NCBI GenBank assembly: GCA_017429165.1
Contig: JAFRPL010000014.1
Location: forward strand, 130,113-194,112
Reading direction: 5' to 3'
Length of the DNA: 64,000 nucleotides
Source of the DNA: Clostridia bacterium
GTDB lineage: Bacteria > Bacillota > Clostridia > Oscillospirales > CAG-382
Shown here: positions 9,417-17,536 of the stretch, one piece after another
Numbering within the stretch: position 1 is the first letter of the stretch
Layout: every line of letters begins with the position of its first letter
Made by a program: the position numbers and the translations under genes
Notes under the pieces: generated by a model
What the model saw: the letters and a program-made list of their open reading frames with translations, nothing else
Told to the model about the DNA's origin: nothing
Databases searched by the model: none

Positions 9417-9737
9417 ATGAATCCATCCGAAAAAGCCGCTTATATCAAAGGCCTTATGGAAGGCATGAAATTCGACACCCAGTCCGACGTGGGCAAGCTC
9501 ATTGCCAAAATAGTCGACCTGCTCGAGGATCTTTCGCTTTCCGTTCAGGATCTTGAAGACGAAGTTGCTCAGCTCAACGATTTCACCGACGAACTCGACG
9601 AGGATCTCGGCGCCGTTGAGGAAGAGCTTTACGGTGAATGCGACTGCTGCGACGACGACTGCTGCTGCGACGACGACTGCTGCTGCGACGACGACTGCGA
9701 CTGCGGCTGCTGCGACGGCGAAGAAGAAGACAAATAA
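9417..9737 (+). CDS. Small acidic protein with an extreme Cys/Asp C-terminal tail
   Basis: GGAGAAAGGA RBS. A helical acidic N-terminal region is followed by CDCCDDDCCCDDDCCCDDDCDCGCC, which has 13 Cys and 11 Asp in 25 residues. A hairpin follows the stop. Confidence 0.7.
   Translation: MNPSEKAAYIKGLMEGMKFDTQSDVGKLIAKIVDLLEDLSLSVQDLEDEVAQLNDFTDELDEDLGAVEEELYGECDCCDDDCCCDDDCCCDDDCDCGCCDGEEEDK
9642..9695 (+). repeat. Roughly 3 tandem copies of an 18-nt unit (tgctgctgcgacgacgac) encoding CCCDDD
   Basis: Read directly from the sequence. It lies in frame inside the 9417-9737 CDS. Confidence 0.9.
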
Positions 9738-9757
9738 TCCCTTTACAATAACATATT

Positions 9758-9785
9758 AAAAATCGGTCCCCGCGGCCGATTTTTA
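9758..9785 (+). terminator. Possible terminator
   Basis: aaaatcggtc / ggccgatttt stem with a 7-nt loop. The T-run is largely part of the stem. Confidence 0.4.
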
Positions 9786-9802
9786 ATGTTTGCGACAAAA
9801 AA

Positions 9803-10591
9803 ATGGAACACATATACGACATCCACACACATATTTTCCCGCAAAAAATAGCCGCGCGCGGCGTTGAGAACATAGGAAAATTCTACGGTCTGCAAATGCG
9901 CTGCGACGGCACCGGCGAATCGCTCGGAAATCTTCTCGTTCCCGGTATGAAATGCGTGATCTCGTCCGCCTCGCTCAAAGAAGACACCATGAGCATAGGC
10001 AACGATTTTCTGCTCGGTTTTGCAAAAAGGAACGAAAATTTTATACCGTTTTCTTCGTTTTTCCCGTTCTGTTCGGTGCTCGACGCCGCGCACGAGCTCG
10101 AAAGATGCAAAAAGCTGGGGACAAAGGGCGTAAAAATGCACCCGGATTTTCAGCAGTACTATCTCGACGATCCGCACGCCGTGGAGATCTACCGCGTCTG
10201 CGCCGAGCTCGAGCTGCCCGTGATGTTCCACGTCGGCGACAGGCGGTACGATTATTCGTCGCCCAGGCGCACGCTGAACGTGGCGGAAAAGCTGCCGGAT
10301 CTTAAAATAATCGCCGCGCATATGTGCGGTTATTCCGTTTGGGACGAAGCTGAAAAATACCTTATAGGCACGAACGTTTATACCGAGACTTCGGATTCGC
10401 TCGACAACATGGAGCCCGGGGCGCTTGCGGATATGATCCGCCGCCACGGCGTGGACAAGGTGATGTTCGGTTCCGACTTCCCCATCATTTCGCCGGCGGA
10501 CGAATACGAGCGGTTCAAAAACGTCCCGCTCACAGACGAAGAAAAAACAAAGATACTCACCCAGAACGCCGAAAAACTTTTAGATCTATAA
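9803..10591 (+). CDS. Amidohydrolase-family metal-dependent hydrolase (TIM barrel)
   Basis: N-terminal YDIHTHIFP metal motif, later HMCGY and FGSDFP, as in the amidohydrolase_2-type fold. Confidence 0.7.
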   Translation: MEHIYDIHTHIFPQKIAARGVENIGKFYGLQMRCDGTGESLGNLLVPGMKCVISSASLKEDTMSIGNDFLLGFAKRNENFIPFSSFFPFCSVLDAAHELERCKKLGTKGVKMHPDFQQYYLDDPHAVEIYRVCAELELPVMFHVGDRRYDYSSPRRTLNVAEKLPDLKIIAAHMCGYSVWDEAEKYLIGTNVYTETSDSLDNMEPGALADMIRRHGVDKVMFGSDFPIISPADEYERFKNVPLTDEEKTKILTQNAEKLLDL

Positions 10592-10607
10592 AGACAGGTG
10601 GACCGAA

Positions 10608-12095
10608 ATGTTCAAAATAGGGTTCGACAACGACAAATATATCAAACTGCAATCCGAAAAAATAAAGGAGCGCATAGCGTATTTCGGCGGCAAGCTCTAC
10701 CTCGAATTCGGCGGCAAGCTGTTCGACGACTACCATGCGTCGCGCGTGCTGCCGGGTTTTCAGCCCGACAGTAAGCTGCAAATGCTATTGAAGCTGAAAG
10801 ATCAGGCGGAGATAGTTATAGCAATAAACGCCTTTGACGTTGAAAAGAGCAAGATGCGCGGCGACTTGGGCATAACTTACGAATCGGAAGTGCTGCGGCT
10901 GATAGACGCGTTCCGTTTCGTGGGGCTTTACGTGGGCAGCGTAGTTATGACTCGTTATTCCGCGCAGCCGGCGGCGCTGGCTTTTTCGGAAAAGCTGGGG
11001 CGGCTGGGCGTTAAGGTATACCATCATTACGCCATAGAGGGCTACCCTTCCAACGTACATAAGATCGTTTCGGACGAAGGCTACGGCAGGAACGACTTTA
11101 TCGAAACTTCGCGCTCGCTGGTCGTCATCACCGCGCCGGGGCCCGGCAGCGGAAAAATGGCGGTCTGCCTTTCGCAGCTCTACCACGAGCACAAGCGCGG
11201 CATAGCCGCGGGCTACGCCAAGTTCGAAACGTTCCCCATATGGAACCTTCCGCTCAAGCATCCGGTCAACATCGCTTACGAGGCCGCCACGGTAGACCTG
11301 GGCGACGTGAATATGATAGACCCGTTCCATCTGGAATCTTACGGCGTGACCACCGTCAACTATAACCGCGACGTGGAGATATTCCCCGTGGTGAACGCCA
11401 TGTTCGAACTCATCTACGGCAGATCGCCGTACAAATCGCCCACCGACATGGGCGTCAATATGGCGGGGCTGTGCATCACCGACGACAAAGCGGTGTCCGA
11501 CGCCGCCAAGCAGGAAATAATCCGCCGCTATTACAACTGCCTGTGCGCCGAGCGCAAGGGGCTGGCTTCGACCGAGCCGGAATCGGCCAAATGCGAACTG
11601 CTTATGCGTCAGGCGGGCGTTTCCGCCGGCGACAGGCCGGTCATAATCGCCGCTCTGAGCAAAGCCAACGAGACCGGCGCCCCGGCCACGGCCATGGAGC
11701 TTTGCGACGGCAGGATAATCACCGGCAAGACTTCTTCCCTTCTGGGCGCTTCGTCCGCGATGCTGCTCAACGCGCTCAAAGCGCTCGCCGGCATAGCCGA
11801 CGACGTAAAACTCATATCCGAAAAACTCATAGAGCCCATACAGGATATCAAAGTGCGCATCCTGGGCAACCATAATCCGCGCCTGCACACCGACGAAGTG
11901 CTCATCGCGCTCAGCATTTGCGCGTCGACCGATCCGGTGGCGGCGAAATGCCTGGCGCAGCTGACGAACCTGCGCAACTGCGAGGCGCATTCCAGCGTCA
12001 TCCTTTCGCAGGTGGACGACGGCGTTTTCAAGAAGCTGGGCGTGAACCTGACCTGCGAACCGGTCTACCAGACAAAGAAACTTTATCATAAATAA
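10608..12095 (+). CDS. DUF1846 (UPF0371) family protein
   Basis: N-terminus MFKIGFDNDKYIKLQSEKIKERI...GGKLFDDYHASRVLPGF is characteristic of this family. 495 aa. Confidence 0.8.
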   Translation: MFKIGFDNDKYIKLQSEKIKERIAYFGGKLYLEFGGKLFDDYHASRVLPGFQPDSKLQMLLKLKDQAEIVIAINAFDVEKSKMRGDLGITYESEVLRLIDAFRFVGLYVGSVVMTRYSAQPAALAFSEKLGRLGVKVYHHYAIEGYPSNVHKIVSDEGYGRNDFIETSRSLVVITAPGPGSGKMAVCLSQLYHEHKRGIAAGYAKFETFPIWNLPLKHPVNIAYEAATVDLGDVNMIDPFHLESYGVTTVNYNRDVEIFPVVNAMFELIYGRSPYKSPTDMGVNMAGLCITDDKAVSDAAKQEIIRRYYNCLCAERKGLASTEPESAKCELLMRQAGVSAGDRPVIIAALSKANETGAPATAMELCDGRIITGKTSSLLGASSAMLLNALKALAGIADDVKLISEKLIEPIQDIKVRILGNHNPRLHTDEVLIALSICASTDPVAAKCLAQLTNLRNCEAHSSVILSQVDDGVFKKLGVNLTCEPVYQTKKLYHK

Positions 12096-12118
12096 TCTTA
12101 GAAAAACGGGAGAAAGTT

Positions 12119-13813
12119 ATGGAAAAATTCAAGGACTTAAAATACGTGCGCCCCGATATAAAGGCGCTTAAAAAGGATTATCTCGCCGCTGTCAAAAAAA
12201 TGAAGACCGCGCAGAGTTTTGAAGAGGCGGACGCCGCGCTGCACGAATGGAGCGACGTGGGCAGCCGCGTGAGCACGCAGTGCGTCATAGCCAACGTGCG
12301 CCACACCTGCAATATGAAAGATGAATTTTACGATAACGAAAACACATTCATCGACAGCGCCATGCCCAAGCTGATGCCCGTTATGAAAAAGGGCACCGCC
12401 GTGCTTATAAAAAGCAAATTCCGCCCGCAGTTAGAAGAACGCTACGGCAAGCTGATGTTCCAAAGCGCCGAAATAGAAGAAAAGCTGATGAAGCTTTCCA
12501 TAATACTGCCTACGATAAAAGAAAACAAGCTTTCCAGCGAATATTCCAAGCTGGCGGCGGGCTGCTCTGTAGAGTTCATGGGCGAAAAATGCAATTTCTA
12601 CGGCCTGCTCAAGCATATGCAGTCGACAGACCGCGCCGAACGCAAAGCGGCGTTTGAGGAATGGGCGAAGCTTTACGCCGGCATAGCTCCGCAGCTTGAC
12701 GATATCTACGGCAAGCTCGTAAAGCTCAGATGCAGGATCGCGAAGAAGCTCGGGTTCAAGAGCTACATAGATTACGTTTATCTTGCGCGCGGAAGATACG
12801 ATTACGACGCCAAAGCGGTCGCCGAATTCCGCGACGCGGTGAGCAAATACATAACTCCGCTTTGCGACAGACTGTATAAGGAACAGGCGGAACGCATAGG
12901 AGTCGACAAGCTCTGCTGGTACGACGAATCGCTCGTCTTCCCCGAAGGCAACGCCGACCCGCAGGGTACGCCCGAAGAGCTTGTGGCAAAAGCGCAGGAG
13001 ATGTATTCCGAACTTTCGCCCGAGACCAAAGAGTTTTTTGACTTTATGGTCAAATACGAGCTGTTCGATTTCGTCACGCGCGAAAACAAACATCTTGGCG
13101 GCTACTGCACGTTCCTCGCCGATTACAAGGCGCCGTTCATTTTCTCGAACTTCAACGGCACTTCCGCCGATATAGACGTGCTCACGCACGAGGCCGGGCA
13201 CGCGTTCGAAGCCTATTACGCTTCGCGCCGGCTGCCGCTTCCCGATATGACATATTCCACAAGCGAGATCAACGAGATCCATTCCATGGCGATGGAACAC
13301 TTCACCTACCCGTATATGGATAAATTCTTCGGCGAAAACGCCGACAAGCGCAAGTATTCGCATTTCTGCGAAGCGCTCATGGTCATCCCCTACCTCGTTT
13401 CGGTAGACGAGTTCCAGCACCGCGTGTTCGAAAACCCGGATTCCACTTCCGCCGACTGGCGCAGGTTCTGGAAAGAGACCGAGCAGAAGTATATGCCGTG
13501 GAGGAGCTACGACGGCAACGAATTCCTCGAAGGCGGCGGGTTCTGGATGCAGAAACAGCACATATTCCTTTACCCGTTCTATTACGTGGATTACGCTCTG
13601 GCGCAGCTGGGCGCGTTTGCGCTTTACCGCAAGAACACCGAAGGCGGCGACGCCTGGGGCGATTATCTCAAGCTGTGCGGCATGGGCGGCAAATACGGCT
13701 ACTTCGAAACGCTCAAAGAAGCCGGTATACCCTGCCCGCTCAAGGAAGAGACCGTCAAATCCACCGCCGAATTCGCCGAAAAGCAGATAGCGGAACTGAA
13801 AGCGAAGATCTGA
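12119..13813 (+). CDS. M3 family oligoendopeptidase (PepF-like)
   Basis: Zincin motif LTHEAGHAF with a downstream glutamate (EIHSMAMEHF). About 560 aa, typical of M3B. Confidence 0.85.
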   Translation: MEKFKDLKYVRPDIKALKKDYLAAVKKMKTAQSFEEADAALHEWSDVGSRVSTQCVIANVRHTCNMKDEFYDNENTFIDSAMPKLMPVMKKGTAVLIKSKFRPQLEERYGKLMFQSAEIEEKLMKLSIILPTIKENKLSSEYSKLAAGCSVEFMGEKCNFYGLLKHMQSTDRAERKAAFEEWAKLYAGIAPQLDDIYGKLVKLRCRIAKKLGFKSYIDYVYLARGRYDYDAKAVAEFRDAVSKYITPLCDRLYKEQAERIGVDKLCWYDESLVFPEGNADPQGTPEELVAKAQEMYSELSPETKEFFDFMVKYELFDFVTRENKHLGGYCTFLADYKAPFIFSNFNGTSADIDVLTHEAGHAFEAYYASRRLPLPDMTYSTSEINEIHSMAMEHFTYPYMDKFFGENADKRKYSHFCEALMVIPYLVSVDEFQHRVFENPDSTSADWRRFWKETEQKYMPWRSYDGNEFLEGGGFWMQKQHIFLYPFYYVDYALAQLGAFALYRKNTEGGDAWGDYLKLCGMGGKYGYFETLKEAGIPCPLKEETVKSTAEFAEKQIAELKAKI

Positions 13814-13831
13814 AAAAGCATAAAGAAAAGA

Positions 13832-13860
13832 AAGCCGTTCCTCGCCGGAACGGCTTTTTC
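13832..13860 (+). terminator. Rho-independent terminator
   Basis: Stem aagccgttcc / ggaacggctt, loop tcgcc, then TTTTT. Confidence 0.8.
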
Positions 13861-13943
13861 GTATTTCGTGCGCGAAGCGCATAACTCATAACGCATAGCT
13901 CTAAGCTCTAAATTTTTCATATTCGAATACGGGTTGGGAGTTT

Positions 13944-13977
13944 AGAACTAAGAACTAAGAACTAAGAACTAATAACT
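13944..13977. repeat. Heptanucleotide tandem repeat (aagaact) x4-5
   Basis: tagaactaagaactaagaactaagaactaataact, read directly. Confidence 0.9.
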
Positions 13978-13987
13978 TCAGAGGCTT

Positions 13988-14093
13988 TTCGCCTTGCGGC
14001 GAAAAGCTGAATTGCTCGCATACGCTCGCAGCTAAAACATTTGCCTTGCGGCGAAAAGCTGAATTGCTCGCATACGCCCGCAGCTAAATTAAA
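13988..14093. repeat. Two tandem copies of a 53-nt unit
   Basis: ttcgccttgcggcgaaaagctgaattgctcgcatacgctcgcagctaaa at 13988 and ttgccttgcggcgaaaagctgaattgctcgcatacgcccgcagctaaa at 14041. The first copy folds as cttttcgcc-TTGC-ggcgaaaag. Confidence 0.9.
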
Positions 14094-14099
14094 TTCGCT

Positions 14100-14186
14100 T
14101 TTAGCTCGGCGCAGCCGTATTTAGCTCGCGTTAGCGAATTTAGCTCGCGTAAGCGAATTTAGCTCGCGTTAGCGAATTTAGCTGCG
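14100..14186. repeat. 19-nt tandem array (tttagctcgcgttagcgaa), giving TTAGC pentamers phased at 9-10 bp
   Basis: TTAGC occurs at 14101, 14121, 14131, 14140, (TAAGC at 14150), 14159, 14169 and 14178. Inverted GCTAA occurs at 14031 and 14083. Confidence 0.9.
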
Positions 14187-14298
14187 ACCGCCGCCGCGCT
14201 GTAACGATTTGTCGCTTTACTTTTGGCGCGATTTGTGGTTTAATGATAACGGTAAACGAGATCCCGGCCGGAAAACGTTACCGAAAGGAGGGCGGCGA

Positions 14299-14751
14299 TT
14301 GGAAACAGGCAGAATAATATCCGAACTGCGTATAAGCGCGGGGCTGACCCAGGAAGAACTTGCCGAACGTCTTTACGTTTCGCGCACGCTGGTGCAGAAA
14401 TGGGAGACCGGCAAACGCAGACCCGGCAAAAGCGATCTGGAATCCGTTGCGGCGATACTCGGCGCCGATCGCGGCGTTTTTTGTGAAAAAGACGACGGGA
14501 TAATGGCCGAGCTTGAGTCGTGCGTTCCGGAAAACTGCGGTATGACCGAAGAAAGCGTGATACCTCTTTTGGAAAACTTTTTGCAGACGCTGCCGCCGAG
14601 AGAACGCAATATCTTTATAAAACGTTATCATTTCCTGCGTTCCGCAAAAGAAATAAGCACGGAAACGGGGATACGCCAGGGACACGTGCGCACCATACTT
14701 TCGCGCACGAGATCCAAACTGAAAGAGTATTTTAAGGAGAATATAAAATGA
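14299..14751 (+). CDS. Chimeric regulator: XRE-family HTH fused to a sigma-70 region-4 domain, with no region 2
   Basis: AAGGAGG lies 7 nt upstream of the TTG at 14299. XRE HTH is ISELRISAGLTQEELAERLYVSRTLVQKWETGKRRP. The region 4-like part is LPPRERNIFIKRYHFLRSAKEISTETGIRQGHVRTILSRTRSKLKEYF. The start codon is uncertain (the ORF is open from 14209). Confidence 0.7.
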   Translation: METGRIISELRISAGLTQEELAERLYVSRTLVQKWETGKRRPGKSDLESVAAILGADRGVFCEKDDGIMAELESCVPENCGMTEESVIPLLENFLQTLPPRERNIFIKRYHFLRSAKEISTETGIRQGHVRTILSRTRSKLKEYFKENIK

Positions 14752-16724
14752 ACGCAAACACTCTTTACGACGCTTTTGCAAAAATAAGCGATTCGCTCAC
14801 CGATACCGCTTACGAAGCGAAAAAACCCGAACGCACCAAAAACTTCAAAACCATCGCGATCGCCGCAGCGGCGCTGGTCGTGGCCGCCGCTGCAATATTC
14901 GCGATCCCGGCGTTCCGCAGCGATCCGAATAACGTTTCCGCCGTCGAAGACACGTCGGAAGTTGATGACAGCAACGTATTATACAGGTCGGAAAACGGCG
15001 AATTCGTCGTGCGCGTCGTCGAGCCGCTGGAAAAGCCAATATGTAGTAATAGTCTGTGGGTGCCGATTTCAGACGGCTTAATGCGCGAAGCCACTGATGT
15101 GGTTTTGGGAACTATAACTAACGTGACTGAAATCTTTTTTGAAACCGAACATAAACCTGACGATTGGTATATCGAAGGTGTCGGGTATGTCACTGATCTT
15201 TCACGATATCGTTCACTAGTAACAGTTAAAATCAAAGATACCATAAATGGCAATCTTTCAGCAGGGGAATCTGTGACTTTTATATTCTACGCTTCTTCTC
15301 GGAACGCCGAGTATACTGCAGGTTACTCGGAAATACTGCCGATTACAGGGGACGAATACGTATTTTATCTGAAAAAGACTGCGGAACTGGATTCCGGCCA
15401 TTTTTACATTCCGATCGCAGATTATTATTATTGCTTGACTGGTCCCTGTTTTGTACCATACGACGAACCGCAACGTCCTGAACTGCTGGCGGTCATAGGA
15501 GCCGAAGAAGGCGCTTGCGGTGAGGAATTTATAGAAGCGCTTGCGAATTATTATGCCGACAGTAACGGAAACGTACTTTACCGTTCCGAAAACGGCGATT
15601 TCGTCGTGCGCGTCGTCGAGCCGCTGGACGTGCCGAAGGTTTATAACTATTTATGGGCGCCCATAACGGACAATATGCTGAATTCTTTTTCGACCGTCAT
15701 AACCGGAACGATAGAAAAGGTGGAAGAAATAGAGATCTCTTACAGCCTTTTTGATCAAGACCTTACCGCTTACTGGTCGCTCCTTACCGTGTCTGCAGAC
15801 GACGTCATAAAAGGAAACGGCGACGTGATCAAGGGCGAGACCGTGAGCGTGCTGTTCGAATTATCCACCCATTCGGCAAATGAAGACAATATTTATCCCC
15901 TGGTAAACGAAAAATACGTTTTCTTCCTTAATAAGACGTCGGAGCTCAAGAACGTTCCGGATTATTCGTCGATCGCCGATTATATGTATGAAATGACCGG
16001 AGATGCGTTTATTCCCCTTGACGAACCTCAAAATCAGCGGCTTTCAGAGATTTTGGGCAGCGAGGATAATTTCGGCGAGAAGTTCGTTGAAGCGCTTGCG
16101 AATTATTATGCCGGCAGTAACGGAGACGTACTTTACCGTTCGGAAGACGGCGATTACACGGTGTGGAAAGTCAATCCCGATAGCCTTTCCGGGGTTAGGT
16201 CAGCCGCTTGCTGGGTGCCGGTAGACGACGAGATGCTTCACAGAGCGAGCGACGTGGTCGTGGGGACGATCAAGGACATTACGGATATATATATCGAGAC
16301 CGGGGATCACGATTATTTAGAAACCCAATACGGCGTCATCGACCTTTCAGAGGTCGATCGTTACAAATCGCTTGTAACCGTGGAAGTGAAAGAAACGATC
16401 AACGGCGATATCGCCGAAGGCGAAACCATCACTTTTGTGTACGAATCGCCTTTGGCGAGCTATCCGAAAAACGTATCGTCAAGCTTATGGGGCGATGAGT
16501 CCGCCATAGTAGGCAGAGATTACGTATTCTTTCTTAAAAAAACTTCCGAAAAGGACTACAAGTTCGATCTGACGCCGATCGCGGCTTACGCATACGGCAT
16601 TATCGGGCCCTGCTTTGTTCCGTACGACGAGCCGCAGGATGCATCCCTGCTGGAGACAATCGGCGCACAAAAAGGCACTTGCGGCGAAGAATTCATTGAA
16701 GCGGTGAAAAAATATTATGAATGA
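14748..16724 (+). CDS. Single-pass membrane protein with three ~190-200-aa internal repeats; it occupies the anti-sigma position
   Basis: ATGA overlap with the upstream gene. The N-terminus has a short cytoplasmic peptide plus the TM AIAAAALVVAAAAIFAIPAF. It contains three copies of NVLYRSENG(E/D)FVV...YVF(Y/F)L(K/N)KT...FIEALANYYA. Confidence 0.8.
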   Translation: MNANTLYDAFAKISDSLTDTAYEAKKPERTKNFKTIAIAAAALVVAAAAIFAIPAFRSDPNNVSAVEDTSEVDDSNVLYRSENGEFVVRVVEPLEKPICSNSLWVPISDGLMREATDVVLGTITNVTEIFFETEHKPDDWYIEGVGYVTDLSRYRSLVTVKIKDTINGNLSAGESVTFIFYASSRNAEYTAGYSEILPITGDEYVFYLKKTAELDSGHFYIPIADYYYCLTGPCFVPYDEPQRPELLAVIGAEEGACGEEFIEALANYYADSNGNVLYRSENGDFVVRVVEPLDVPKVYNYLWAPITDNMLNSFSTVITGTIEKVEEIEISYSLFDQDLTAYWSLLTVSADDVIKGNGDVIKGETVSVLFELSTHSANEDNIYPLVNEKYVFFLNKTSELKNVPDYSSIADYMYEMTGDAFIPLDEPQNQRLSEILGSEDNFGEKFVEALANYYAGSNGDVLYRSEDGDYTVWKVNPDSLSGVRSAACWVPVDDEMLHRASDVVVGTIKDITDIYIETGDHDYLETQYGVIDLSEVDRYKSLVTVEVKETINGDIAEGETITFVYESPLASYPKNVSSSLWGDESAIVGRDYVFFLKKTSEKDYKFDLTPIAAYAYGIIGPCFVPYDEPQDASLLETIGAQKGTCGEEFIEAVKKYYE

Positions 16725-16831
16725 GTACCGGCGCATAAAAGGGTGCGCTTTGTACCTTGACATTTGCAAATTTTCAGATATACTGTAACTGAAAGGCAAA
16801 GAAGTCTGAACGCGATATAAAGGAGATCGTT

Positions 16832-17422
16832 ATGAAAAAGCCGCTATCGCTTGCCATGGTATGCCTGCTGCTCGCCGTTTCCGCTTTTACGTTTATCGCC
16901 TGTGGAACCCGGACCGACGACGGATCCGACGGATCAAATCACGGCAGGCTTGTCGAGATATCTTATGACGCGTCGACCGGCGCTCATTATTATTCCACAA
17001 AAGAATCTATGCAAGAACGACAAAGCAAAATAGTTCAGTTGACGCCGGAACAGTTATCGTTGCCCACGGGCGAACTGGTGGATCTGATCCTGGATTTTCC
17101 GTTTTGGACCGAGTATTTTTCATCCACATCCCCATATGCCAAAACTTATGAAATAATCACAACCGCGTACGAATATAACGGCTTTGCAGAATTAGAAAAG
17201 AGGCCGGATTCCTCAAACGCGATGCTTTGCAGGTTTAAGGAACTGGTAAAAGAGTCGGATTACGGATCGCTTCACGCTTCGTATCTGTATTTCATTCTTT
17301 CCACGCCTGTTTATTATGATCGGTTGACGCCGGAAGAGCTTGCCGAATTCGAGTGCGTTTGCGACGAGTATAATACGGCGCATACTCGGCATGATAATGT
17401 ATCAAATGAAAACGGATCCTGA
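16832..17422 (+). CDS. Hypothetical lipoprotein
   Basis: AAGGAG RBS. Signal peptide with the lipobox FTFIAC|G. I recognise no domain. Confidence 0.65.
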   Translation: MKKPLSLAMVCLLLAVSAFTFIACGTRTDDGSDGSNHGRLVEISYDASTGAHYYSTKESMQERQSKIVQLTPEQLSLPTGELVDLILDFPFWTEYFSSTSPYAKTYEIITTAYEYNGFAELEKRPDSSNAMLCRFKELVKESDYGSLHASYLYFILSTPVYYDRLTPEELAEFECVCDEYNTAHTRHDNVSNENGS

Positions 17423-17475
17423 ACGGGCCGATCGCGTTTTACGCCTAAGAACTTGTTTATGCGTTTTCCAACGCC

Positions 17476-17520
17476 GAAGGGAGAAGCCGCGCAAAAGCGG
17501 CTTCTCCCTTCGCTTATTTT
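17476..17520. terminator. Bidirectional terminator
   Basis: 15-bp stem gaagggagaagccgc / gcggcttctcccttc, flanked by a T-run on the + strand. It sits between convergent genes. Confidence 0.85.
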
Positions 17521-17536
17521 TATGTTGTAAATCTTT

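Noticed and set aside
13988-14186. A possible CRISPR array, given the regularly spaced direct repeats.
   Set aside because: The repeats are contiguous (53-nt and 19-nt units with no unique spacers between them). There are only 2-4 copies. No cas genes are nearby. It is a tandem repeat mosaic, not a CRISPR array.
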